This document shows, in pieces, positions 30,457 through 39,713 of a DNA stretch of 64,000 bases. Source of the stretch: Dissulfuribacterales bacterium (GTDB taxonomy: Bacteria; Desulfobacterota; Dissulfuribacteria; Dissulfuribacterales; DYLC01); the NCBI GenBank assembly GCA_041287365.1, contig JBEULL010000018.1:240908-304907 (forward strand), in the 5' to 3' direction. Every line of letters starts with the position of its first letter. Within the stretch, counting starts at the first letter, position 1. A program made the translations under genes and the position numbers. The notes beneath the pieces were generated by a model. It was not told where the DNA came from. It searched no databases and saw nothing but the letters and a program-made list of their open reading frames with translations.

Positions 30457-31848
30457 TCAGATATCAAAAATCTTATCAGGATTTAATATCCCTTTGACAT
30501 CGAAGACCTTTTTTATATTTTTCATAAGAGACACGACCTCTTTGCCCAGTTCCTTTTCAAGAAATGCCTTTTTGGTAAGCCCTATTCCGTGTTCTCCGGA
30601 GATGGTGCCACCCAAATCAAGGGCGGTCTGAAATATTTCTGTCATAACCTGTTGAATCTTAGGGCTTTCAGGCCCTTCTTGAAACAGACAGTTGACGTGA
30701 AGATTGCCGTCTCCAGCATGGCCGAAGCTCAGAATATACACATCGTATTTCTCTCCCAGGGCATGAAGACGTTTAATTGTCTCTGGCAGGGCATGCCGTG
30801 GAACACAGATATCCTCGCTGATTCGACTGCAATACGCCAATCTTTTTATGGCAGGAGATATGCCTCGACGAACGGACCAGATTTTCTGCACGTCCTGCTG
30901 ACTTTCAGCCGATTTGTAATAGACGGCCCTGTTTAACTTACAACACTCCAGCACTGTTGCAAGCTCGTATGCGACTCCATCCTGAGTACCGTCCACCTCC
31001 AGAAGCAGCATGGCCTTTGCGTCGGCAGGCACTGAATCGGGCATATCCTTTGATACACACCGAAGGGAGACTTCGTCCAAAAATTCGGCGGCGCGAGGCA
31101 GTATTCCGACATTAAATATGGCAAGCACGGCATTCATCGCTGAAGAGGTGTCTGAAAAAAAGGCGAGCAATGTGCCGACTCGCTGAGGTCTTGGAATCAG
31201 GCGCAGAAACAGCCTGGAGAACACGGCCAAGGTCCCTTCGGAGCCCACCAGAAGCCTGGTCAAGTCATAGCCTGCTACGCCCTTTGCGGTCCTTACACCG
31301 ATATTTACGACATCACCGTTTGCCAGTACCACCTCCATTCCCCGCACATAATCTCTAGTTACGCCGTATTTCACGGCACGAGGCCCTCCTGCACAGGTGG
31401 CGGCATTTCCTCCCAGCGTGCAAAAGGCCAGGCTTGCGGGATCCGGCGGATAGAAAAGCCCACGGCCCTCAACTACTCTCTGAAATTCACCTGTGACCAC
31501 GCCAGGCTCCACCTCTGCCAGCAAATCCTCGTTGGATACGGAAACGATGCGATTCATGCGTGTAAGCGCCAGGGCGATTCCATTGTGAGGTACACTGGCG
31601 CCTGTCCTGCCGCTTCCGGCCCCTCGTGAAAACACAGGCACCCCTTCTTCATAGGCCAGTTTCAGACAACGGGCTATCTGCTCTGTGGAAACAGGGGTCA
31701 GTACACAGGCTGGATATGAGGTTATTCCGCTGGAATCATAAGAATAACAGGAGAGACTAAAGGGATCGCAGTAAAGATTTTCAGGACCTACGGCCTGCTT
31801 CAGGGCATCGAGAAAGTAGGGTTTAAGGGTATTCATACAGCGATTCAA
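30457..31848 (-). CDS. FAD-linked oxidase (GlcD / D-lactate dehydrogenase-like)
   Basis: PCMH-type FAD-binding domain (RGAGSGRTG, VEPGVVTGEF) and a C-terminal GEHGIGLTK motif. Confidence 0.8.
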   Translation of the reverse strand: MNRCMNTLKPYFLDALKQAVGPENLYCDPFSLSCYSYDSSGITSYPACVLTPVSTEQIARCLKLAYEEGVPVFSRGAGSGRTGASVPHNGIALALTRMNRIVSVSNEDLLAEVEPGVVTGEFQRVVEGRGLFYPPDPASLAFCTLGGNAATCAGGPRAVKYGVTRDYVRGMEVVLANGDVVNIGVRTAKGVAGYDLTRLLVGSEGTLAVFSRLFLRLIPRPQRVGTLLAFFSDTSSAMNAVLAIFNVGILPRAAEFLDEVSLRCVSKDMPDSVPADAKAMLLLEVDGTQDGVAYELATVLECCKLNRAVYYKSAESQQDVQKIWSVRRGISPAIKRLAYCSRISEDICVPRHALPETIKRLHALGEKYDVYILSFGHAGDGNLHVNCLFQEGPESPKIQQVMTEIFQTALDLGGTISGEHGIGLTKKAFLEKELGKEVVSLMKNIKKVFDVKGILNPDKIFDI

Positions 31849-31857
31849 AAGGCGCTG

Positions 31858-33213
31858 TCATTTTCCACGCCACCTCATCTTCTCCAGTTGAGTGGAAAGA
31901 AAATCGATCTCAGCCTTTAATTTCCCGCCGTCTTTAATAATTTGCTGCACCTGTTTGACCGCATGTATAACCGTGGCATGGTCCCTGCCGAATGTCTTGC
32001 CTATTATCTCGAGGGATTCACATGTATATTGCCTGGCCAGATACATGCCCAACTGCCGCGGCCACAGCACGCTTCTCTTTCTGCTTTTGGATGTGAGTTC
32101 AGCCGTAGTCAGTTTATAAAAACGACACAACATCTCCTGAATGGCCTGAATATTCAGGTCAAGGGGCTGCCCCACCATATCTCCAAGCACCTCCTGTGCC
32201 AATTGAAGCGTGACCTCTTGTTTCATCAAGGTGGTGCGAGTCAAAAGCCCCGCCACAGCCCCTTCCAGCCGCCTCACATCCCCGAACAGGCGTTCAGCCA
32301 GATAATCCAGCACAATGTCAGGCACAACAAGACCGTTTCTCAATGCCTTTACCGCCAATATGTTGCGTCTTGTTTGCTGATCGGGCTCATCTATATTGGC
32401 CATTATGGCGGCATTGAGACGGGAGCCCAGCCCTTCATGTAGATTTGCAAGCTGTACCGGAGGCTGATTGGCGGTCATGACAATGGTCTTTCCGCTCTCC
32501 ATGAGTGTGTCTATTATCAGAGACAGTTCTGCCTGCGTGCGCTGCCTTCCAGAGAGGCAATGCACCTCTTCCAATAACAGGATATCGCATTCCTGCTGAT
32601 ATTTCTGCTTAAAACCATCGAATTGTCCGTCCTTTGCAGCCCGCACCACCTGATTGGTCAATTCATTGGCGGAAAGATAGGCTATGCGCATGGACGGCCT
32701 GTTTTCAAGAATAAACTGGCCGGTAGCCTGAGACAGATGGCTTTTGCCAAGACCTGAAGGCGAATGCAGATACAGTATGTGTCCCTGGCTTATTTCACCG
32801 CTTGCAATGGCCTTGCAGACGTCATGGGCATATCTGTTACATTCTCCGACCACGAATTCATCGAATGAATAATGTCTGCTGAAACGCAGGGCCGCAGGTT
32901 TTCTGGGGTTGAAATCCGGTAAGATGGCCTGCTGTGCTTGATTTTCCGGCTGTTTCAGGAATGCCTCCGCAGAATTTTCCTTTTTATAATCACAGGTCAG
33001 ACGGATCATACGATTTTCGAGCTCAGGGCAGCGAGAGAGCAGAGGCAGATAGTGTTCCTGCACCCACGAGGCGAAAAAACGGTTGGGACATCCGAGAATC
33101 AGGGTGTCTTCCTTTACGTCCACTACCTGTATAGGTTCTATCCAGACCTCGAAGCTGCTTTCAGAAACATGGGAACGCAGATAGTCCTTGACAGTATTCC
33201 AGACACTCTTCAT
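31858..33213 (-). CDS. dnaA: chromosomal replication initiator protein DnaA
   Basis: N-terminus W..VKDYL...FEVWIEPI. AAA+ core with YSFDEFVVGECNRYAH, Walker A SPSGLGKSHL and LLLEEVH. Domain IV with FGRDHATVIHAVKQV. Confidence 0.9.
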   Translation of the reverse strand: MKSVWNTVKDYLRSHVSESSFEVWIEPIQVVDVKEDTLILGCPNRFFASWVQEHYLPLLSRCPELENRMIRLTCDYKKENSAEAFLKQPENQAQQAILPDFNPRKPAALRFSRHYSFDEFVVGECNRYAHDVCKAIASGEISQGHILYLHSPSGLGKSHLSQATGQFILENRPSMRIAYLSANELTNQVVRAAKDGQFDGFKQKYQQECDILLLEEVHCLSGRQRTQAELSLIIDTLMESGKTIVMTANQPPVQLANLHEGLGSRLNAAIMANIDEPDQQTRRNILAVKALRNGLVVPDIVLDYLAERLFGDVRRLEGAVAGLLTRTTLMKQEVTLQLAQEVLGDMVGQPLDLNIQAIQEMLCRFYKLTTAELTSKSRKRSVLWPRQLGMYLARQYTCESLEIIGKTFGRDHATVIHAVKQVQQIIKDGGKLKAEIDFLSTQLEKMRWRGK

Positions 33214-33530
33214 ATAGATATCTCTCCCATTTTCAAAACTTCCCTAAACGGCGTTCGCCGTCAGCATGAAGTCACTATGTCTTATTCAAAAATGATGCTT
33301 CAGATTCATACAAGACCGTCACTTAACTGTCAAACAATGGTGCTTGTTATAAAATCACTTATCAGAAAAAAAGAAACAGCACTGCAGAATAGGACATAAC
33401 GATTTGTTTTATTTAGCTATTTGAAATAGATTTTGATAACTTCCTAAAATCCAAGCCTTTTTTGTTAACAAAAAATCAAATAAATCAAGTTAGTTACAAT
33501 AGCATAATTTTTGGACAAGTTTTCAACATT

Positions 33531-33550
33531 CTATTTTCTCCTATTTTCTC
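33531..33550. repeat. tandem 10-mer CTATTTTCTC x2 inside the AT-rich dnaA-upstream spacer
   Basis: Read directly from the sequence. It is followed by ATTTTTTT. Confidence 0.6.
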
Positions 33551-33666
33551 ATTTTTTTGAAGTTTTTCTAGTTGTTATGTCTTAGCTCATTATTATTTTG
33601 CCCGTCTTTTAAAAACTCTTGCAAAACCCCTCTGTTATTTTCAAAGGGCCTTGCTATGATATAAAC

Positions 33667-34764
33667 ATGCAACAGTCTCGAGATGTTTTTCCCATGTTGA
33701 ACAGGGCCGTTGAGGCCAGGCTCTTTCCGGGCTGCTCCATCGCAGTATGGCATCGGAATGAAACAACATTCGTGAATCACGGCAGGCTCACCTACAATGG
33801 AAGCTCTCCGCAAGTAACTTCAAATACATATTACGACCTGGCATCCCTGACCAAGCCACTGGTTACAAGTCTTTCCGTGTTGTATCTGTGCAGTACAAAT
33901 CAGATTCAACTGGAATGGCCCATTAAAAAGGTATTGGGTCGTCGTTCCGGAAACCTGGCTGATATTCCGCTGAAATACCTGCTCTGCCACTCTTCAGGCC
34001 TTGCCGCCCATCTGAACTTATACGAGATATTGGCAGATATTGAACCGGCTCAAAGGAAGGACGCCTGCCTGAAACTGATCTCCTCCCTTGCCCTGAATGC
34101 GCCGGTCCCCACATACAGCGACCTCGGATTCATTCTGCTGGGTATTCTGCTGGAAGAACTGACCGAAACGCCGCTGAATGTGTTTTTTGAAGAACGGATA
34201 TGCCCTGAACTCGAAACAGACCAATTGTTTTTTTTACCCATCAAAGGGAAACGGAATGAGACGGCCCCCCACCGAAATACGGCCTTTGCTCCTACGGGCT
34301 ACTGTCCAGTGAGAAAGACCATGGTCACTGCCCAGGTAAACGACCTAAATGCCTGGTGGCTTGGTGGTGTGGCAGGACATGCCGGCATCTTCGGAAATAC
34401 ACACGGCCTGCTTAAGGCCCTTGTGCAGCTTATGGGCATTCATAACGGCCGCATCGATTCGAAGCGTATTCCTCGCACTTGGCTGAAGACATTTTTCACA
34501 CCGGTTTCAGGCTCGCATACCAGGGCGCTTGGCTTCGATACACCCTCCATGCACTCCGCATCGGGCAGATATTTTTCCAGACATACAGTGGGGCATCTGG
34601 GCTGGACAGGCGTTTCCTTCTGGATGGATCTGAAACAAGAAGTTATAATTATTTTTTTATGCAACAGACCGTTTCCTCGTGCAGACAATACACAAAACTT
34701 AGATGCCATGCGTGAATTCAGACCGGCCATACACGATCTGTTATGGGAACTTTTTATAAAATGA
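33667..34764 (+). CDS. serine hydrolase of the beta-lactamase (class C / esterase) family
   Basis: S-x-x-K motif in DLASLTKPLV, later HSSGL and AGHAGIFG. ATG 33667 preferred over TTG 33619. Confidence 0.75.
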   Translation: MQQSRDVFPMLNRAVEARLFPGCSIAVWHRNETTFVNHGRLTYNGSSPQVTSNTYYDLASLTKPLVTSLSVLYLCSTNQIQLEWPIKKVLGRRSGNLADIPLKYLLCHSSGLAAHLNLYEILADIEPAQRKDACLKLISSLALNAPVPTYSDLGFILLGILLEELTETPLNVFFEERICPELETDQLFFLPIKGKRNETAPHRNTAFAPTGYCPVRKTMVTAQVNDLNAWWLGGVAGHAGIFGNTHGLLKALVQLMGIHNGRIDSKRIPRTWLKTFFTPVSGSHTRALGFDTPSMHSASGRYFSRHTVGHLGWTGVSFWMDLKQEVIIIFLCNRPFPRADNTQNLDAMREFRPAIHDLLWELFIK

Positions 34765-34779
34765 AGGAAATACCGTTAA

Positions 34780-36261
34780 ATGCAATACATACTTGAAGTA
34801 ATTTATGAAGTCATTAAAAACCATGAACCATATCTGGCAGGCGGGGCTGTCAGAGACCTGCTGCTGAAAAGGCCGATAAAGGACATGGATATAACCGTCA
34901 GAAGCAATGCCATGCAACTGGCCCGTGAGATTTCGGCCCGCCTGAACGCCGCCTTCGTGCCTTTGGATGTGGAAACAGACACGGCGCGAGTAGTGGTCTC
35001 CAGAGAACTGGTTGCAGATTTAAGCTCCTTTCGCGATGGCGCTGCAAGCATCATCGAAGACCTGAATGCCCGCGATTTCACCATCAATGCCATGGCCACA
35101 CCCTTTGAGAACGCCATGGCATTGATTTGTTCATCGTCTGTGGGGAATCTTGAAAGCTTGAATGAAACCATGAAGGCCGACACACCAAATCTCCTCATAG
35201 ATCCATTGAACGGCCTGCATGACCTGAATCAAGGCATCATTCGTGCGATAGATCGAAAAAACCTGTTTTCAGACCCGTTGCGTTGTATCAGGGCCTACAG
35301 ATTCACCGCACAACTGGGCATTGTTATTGAGCCACAAACAAGAAACTGGATACACGAGGCCATGCACCACCTGGACAATGTTGCATGTGAACGTATACAA
35401 CGAGAGATGAGCCTGATTCTTGGTGTGCCTGATGCACACTCCACAATTCACCAAATGGCCGATGACGGCATCCTTTTTCATATCCTGCCGGAACTCGAGG
35501 CAGGAAAAGGAATGGAACAGCCCGGCTTTCACCACCTGGATGTGCTGAGCCACAGCCTCGAGACCCTGAAATGCCTGGAATCCGTAATTCAAGACCCGAC
35601 ACATAAATTTTCACCATCCGAGCCTATAACAGCATGGCTCGATACCAATCCATCCCTCATAGAGGCATTGAAATGGGCTGCCCTTCTACACGATGTGGCC
35701 AAGCCCGTGTGCAGGTCTGAAAAAAACGGCAGGACCACCTTTTACCAGCACGACAGTCATGGCAACAGCATGATCAAGGGGATAGCAGCCCGACTGCGCT
35801 GGCCAAGGCACACCACGCTCATGGCATCCACACTTGCCGCCCTGCATATGAGACCATTTCATCTGCTTACGGATATGGAGCGCCGTAAGACTCATCCCAC
35901 CAAACGGGCCATGCGCAGACTCTTGAACCATATGAAGCAGGACTATCCAGCCCTGTTTCTTCTGGCCATGGCGGACAGCATGGCAGGCTGCGGCCCTCTG
36001 AAGCCAGCTGATCTGGACGAACGACTCTCCAGACTCTGGTGCATAGTGCATCACTTCTATGTAAAGGAACTGCATCCCCTTCAAACCCGCAAACGGCTGT
36101 TGACAGGAAAGGACATACAAGAAATTCTACGGATTTCGCCAGGCCCTGAAATAGGCAAGGCGCTGAATGAACTGGAGATAGCGGAGTTGGAAGGCAGGAT
36201 AACGACTCGTGAGCAGGCATCGAACTGGTTGAAAGACTGGTATGTATCTCACGCTGAATGA
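34780..36261 (+). CDS. cca: CCA-adding enzyme / poly(A) polymerase-family tRNA nucleotidyltransferase with HD domain
   Basis: GGAVRDLLL...DMDI nucleotidyltransferase head, RDFTINAM, and a C-terminal HD region (LLHDVAKP, HDSHG). Confidence 0.8.
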   Translation: MQYILEVIYEVIKNHEPYLAGGAVRDLLLKRPIKDMDITVRSNAMQLAREISARLNAAFVPLDVETDTARVVVSRELVADLSSFRDGAASIIEDLNARDFTINAMATPFENAMALICSSSVGNLESLNETMKADTPNLLIDPLNGLHDLNQGIIRAIDRKNLFSDPLRCIRAYRFTAQLGIVIEPQTRNWIHEAMHHLDNVACERIQREMSLILGVPDAHSTIHQMADDGILFHILPELEAGKGMEQPGFHHLDVLSHSLETLKCLESVIQDPTHKFSPSEPITAWLDTNPSLIEALKWAALLHDVAKPVCRSEKNGRTTFYQHDSHGNSMIKGIAARLRWPRHTTLMASTLAALHMRPFHLLTDMERRKTHPTKRAMRRLLNHMKQDYPALFLLAMADSMAGCGPLKPADLDERLSRLWCIVHHFYVKELHPLQTRKRLLTGKDIQEILRISPGPEIGKALNELEIAELEGRITTREQASNWLKDWYVSHAE

Positions 36262-37117
36262 ATATCTAAAAAATATATTTGGAGGTCGTGTTCAGAAGAT
36301 CCCGCTGGATGCAGGCCTCACCTGCCCAAACAGAGATGGTACCAAGGGAAAGGGCGGCTGTATATATTGCAACGAGACAGGCTCAGGTACAGGGGCCTTT
36401 TCCATGGGTAAAGACTTACACCAACAGATGGAAGACGGCATGAAATGGGCCAAGAGACGTTACAATGCCCAAATGTTCTTGGCATATCTTCAATCATTTT
36501 CAAATACATATGCGTCTATGGAACATCTGGCCGATATATATCGCGCTGCCTTAACGCCGGACGAGGTGGTGGGAATGAGTATAGCTACAAGACCTGACTG
36601 CATCGACAAGAAATGCCTGATGCTCATAAAGGAGATAGCCGGCCGAAAGATGGTCTGGATGGAGTATGGGCTTCAGAGCGCCAGCAACGCCACATTGAGG
36701 CGCATAAACCGCGGACACACATTTGAAGACTTCGTGCATGCGGTAACCATCACCCACGAACTCGGAATACCCGTTTGTTGCCACGTGATCTTCGGGCTGC
36801 CAGGTGAAACACAAGAGGATATGCAATACACCATAGAACGAGTGCGTGAATTGAAGGTGGATGGCATAAAATTTCATCAACTCTCGGTATTGAAGGGCAC
36901 ACCGCTTCAAAGACTGTGGGAGCGGGGCATATACCGGCCCATTTCTCAAGAGCTCTACACAGACCTGGTGACATGGGCCGTAAGACACCTCGGCAGCGAA
37001 TGTGTGATACACAGACTGACAGCCGACCATTCCGCAAACGTCCTGCTCGCCCCTGTCTGGTCCTTACAAAAGCATGAAATAATTAGAACAATACACAAAA
37101 AATTAGCATTGTCATAG
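36242..37117 (+). CDS. TIGR01212-family radical SAM protein
   Basis: GLTCPNRDGTKGKGGCIYCN motif and a family-typical length of 291 aa. 20-nt overlap with cca. Confidence 0.8.
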   Translation: MYLTLNEYLKNIFGGRVQKIPLDAGLTCPNRDGTKGKGGCIYCNETGSGTGAFSMGKDLHQQMEDGMKWAKRRYNAQMFLAYLQSFSNTYASMEHLADIYRAALTPDEVVGMSIATRPDCIDKKCLMLIKEIAGRKMVWMEYGLQSASNATLRRINRGHTFEDFVHAVTITHELGIPVCCHVIFGLPGETQEDMQYTIERVRELKVDGIKFHQLSVLKGTPLQRLWERGIYRPISQELYTDLVTWAVRHLGSECVIHRLTADHSANVLLAPVWSLQKHEIIRTIHKKLALS

Positions 37118-37188
37118 ACACAATATTTGTTTGACTATATGTGGTGTCTTTGATATCTTAAATTTCAGGATATATTTGGAGACAAAAG

Positions 37189-37278
37189 ATGAAATCCATC
37201 GGATTGTTATACATATTTCTCTTTTTACTCTACACCGGCATTGAAGCAGTCGAGTCCAGGGATATCCACCTTACATAG
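37189..37278 (+). CDS. possible 29-aa hydrophobic micro-ORF (MKSIGLLYIFLFLLYTGIEAVESRDIHLT)
   Basis: ATG with GGAG about 9 nt upstream and one predicted TM-like stretch. There is no other support. Confidence 0.2.
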   Translation: MKSIGLLYIFLFLLYTGIEAVESRDIHLT

Positions 37279-37500
37279 GAGGATAGAGACCACCCTTACA
37301 GCGGCAGTAATAGGTTTAGCTTACTGGGACAGATGCACTATCATCAGAAAGGCGCGAATACGGCTGTATGCTAAATAGAAGACAAATGGCGGCTAAACGA
37401 GCTCGTAAAAGCGCTAAGGCACTTGCCCCGCAGCGCTAAGGCCTTGCAGCCCTGCTGAAGACATTTCATATACGTTAACTGCACTATACCAAAACACTCA

Positions 37501-38844
37501 ATGGAAGAGATTCGACTTGTACATATAGGTGACTGCCAAGTCACTAAAGACCCTGATACCATACTCGAGACATGTCTTGGCTCGTGTGTAGGCATAGCCA
37601 TATACGACGCAGTCAGGCGTGTCGGCGGCATGTGCCACATTCTGCTGCCTGATGGCCCTGCTGAAAAGAAACATGCCAATCCCACCGCCTATGCCACTAC
37701 AGCGGTTCCATTCCTGCTGAACGCCTTTGAAGAGCTGGGAGGCGAGAGAAAAACAGCCGTCACTGCCATTGCGGGCGGCGCATCCATAATGACAAAGCAT
37801 TCAGGCGCAGACCTCAAGATAGGTCAGCGGAATCTGCTCGCTGTAATGGAAGGCCTGAGACATGCAGGTATCAAGATTTCATATGAACACGTGGCAGGTA
37901 ATCTGGGGCGTGTGATGCGCCTGTATATGCGAAACGGCCAGATTCACGTTCGCACATCCAGAATGCCCACACCAGAAGAGGCAGGGAGGCAGATAAATGA
38001 AAAATGGAATGCCAACGCCTTGTGCGCCTCAATCCTGCAGGGCGCTGAAGACATCAGGCCCAGTTCCAATGTGGCCATTCGCGCCCTTCAACTCGCCAAT
38101 GGCGAGGACACCAGCATTATTGAACTGGAACAGCTCATTCTTCATGACCAGGTGCTGGCTGCCAACATACTCAAGGAGGCCAATTCCGCCTACTACGGAC
38201 TTTCCAGACAGGTACATACCATCTCTCAGGCCATCGCATACCTTGGCATGAGGACCTTCAAAAAAATAGTTATGGATACATGTCTTGCTGACATGTACGC
38301 CAGGTGTATAAATACCTATGATATGGAAGAAGGGGCGTTTTTCTATCACTCCGTTACATGTGCCCGCATAAGCGAGACTATAGCCAAAGTAACGGGTCGC
38401 GTGGAGCCGGAGACAGCGTATCTGGCCGGTCTGCTGCATGACATCGGCAAGATCGTGATCGAACGTTACGGTACAGATCTGTTCACACAGGTTACGAGCA
38501 GGGTGCTGTTGAAAAACGAATCCTTCGTGCAGGCCGAAAAAGACGTGTTCGGCCTGGACCATGCGGCCATAGGCCAGTATATCGCTCGAAACTGGCAACT
38601 TCCGATGGCACTGGAGGAGGCGATAGCATTTCATCATGAGCCCGAAAACATGAATGTAATCTCACCTCTTCCCTGTATAGTTCATATCGCTGACCACATC
38701 TGCAATATAGCCGGAATAGGACTTTCCAACGATTCCATGATCAACGGACTGAGCCAAAGGGCCATCACAGCCCTGGCCCTTGATGAAGGGGCGATAGAGG
38801 ACATCCTTTCCGCTGTCCCGCGCATAATCCATGCACACTCATAA
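37501..38844 (+). CDS. cheD: CheD (chemoreceptor glutamine deamidase) fused to a C-terminal HDOD domain
   Basis: Residues 1-~155 are CheD-like (VHIGDCQVTKDPDTILETCLGSCVGIAIYD, VGGMCHILLPDG, with catalytic Cys and His contexts). Residues ~190-447 are HDOD-like (LHDQVLAANILKEANSAYYG, AIAYLG, GLLHDIGKIVI, AFHHEP). Confidence 0.8.
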   Translation: MEEIRLVHIGDCQVTKDPDTILETCLGSCVGIAIYDAVRRVGGMCHILLPDGPAEKKHANPTAYATTAVPFLLNAFEELGGERKTAVTAIAGGASIMTKHSGADLKIGQRNLLAVMEGLRHAGIKISYEHVAGNLGRVMRLYMRNGQIHVRTSRMPTPEEAGRQINEKWNANALCASILQGAEDIRPSSNVAIRALQLANGEDTSIIELEQLILHDQVLAANILKEANSAYYGLSRQVHTISQAIAYLGMRTFKKIVMDTCLADMYARCINTYDMEEGAFFYHSVTCARISETIAKVTGRVEPETAYLAGLLHDIGKIVIERYGTDLFTQVTSRVLLKNESFVQAEKDVFGLDHAAIGQYIARNWQLPMALEEAIAFHHEPENMNVISPLPCIVHIADHICNIAGIGLSNDSMINGLSQRAITALALDEGAIEDILSAVPRIIHAHS

Positions 38845-38849
38845 CGGAC

Positions 38850-39713
38850 ATGGAACCTGATCGCATCAATCATCTTAAACATCTTGTAGAACAACGCACG
38901 GGTTGCAGGTTTTCCAGCTACAATCCAGGGACATTTCAAAGAAGGCTTTTGCGGCGCATGTCCGCCCTCGGCATACACGACATAGACGCTTACGAGGCCT
39001 ATTTGCAAAAAAATCCTTCTGAATACCAGACACTTCTTCACTCCCTCACCATAAAGGTCAGCGAATTTTTCAGGGACACCGAGATTTTCAATCACATCGA
39101 ACAGCATATCATACCTGAAATCTTTGAAAGACACGCCCAGCAAAACGATCGCAACATCCGTATCTGGAGCACTGCCTGCGCCTATGGAGAGGAGGTGTAT
39201 TCCACAGCCATTCTGCTCTTTGAATACCTTCAGCGTATGGAGGAGCAGGAAAGAAAAAAATGGAATATCACACTACTGGGCACGGATATAGACCAAATGG
39301 CCGTAGAAAAGGCCAGGGAAGCCGTTTATAACATCAAATCCATGGAAGATGTTATCTCAGCACACCCAAACGCCTTTCAGCGCATCATCGGTATGCCTGA
39401 ACACATACAGGTCATTCCAGAGATTCAGGCCATGGCGCAGTTTGTATGTTTCGATATCACCACAGTGAAATATCTTGCACCACCCGTCGGCATCTTCACC
39501 GAGTACGACATCATCTATTGCAGAAACGTGCTCATCTATTATGATTATCAGCAGAAATTCGATACACTGCACAGACTTTATGAATGCCTGAATCCAGACG
39601 GTTATCTGGTGCTGGGGAAAGCGGAAAGCATGCCGGATGAACTTTTGAAATGCCTTGTCCCTGTGAAACATGGAATAAAAATCTATAAAAAAGGATTGGC
39701 TGCACATGGATAA
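38850..39713 (+). CDS. cheR: CheR-type protein-glutamate O-methyltransferase
   Basis: N-terminal helical domain (FQRRLLRRM, TIKVSEFFRD) and SAM-binding domain (IRIWSTACAYGEEVYS, DIIYCRNVLIYY). Starts 5 nt after cheD-HDOD. Confidence 0.85.
   Translation: MEPDRINHLKHLVEQRTGCRFSSYNPGTFQRRLLRRMSALGIHDIDAYEAYLQKNPSEYQTLLHSLTIKVSEFFRDTEIFNHIEQHIIPEIFERHAQQNDRNIRIWSTACAYGEEVYSTAILLFEYLQRMEEQERKKWNITLLGTDIDQMAVEKAREAVYNIKSMEDVISAHPNAFQRIIGMPEHIQVIPEIQAMAQFVCFDITTVKYLAPPVGIFTEYDIIYCRNVLIYYDYQQKFDTLHRLYECLNPDGYLVLGKAESMPDELLKCLVPVKHGIKIYKKGLAAHG

Noticed and set aside
33214-33666. Calling this spacer oriC as a feature
   Set aside because: I found no perfect DnaA box and could not compute GC skew. I therefore kept it as a hypothesis in the findings rather than as an annotated origin.
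37417-37430. GGCAC followed by TTGC upstream of cheD-HDOD as a sigma-54 promoter
   Set aside because: The GGCAC and TTGC are contiguous rather than separated by the required ~5 nt, so the -24/-12 spacing is wrong.
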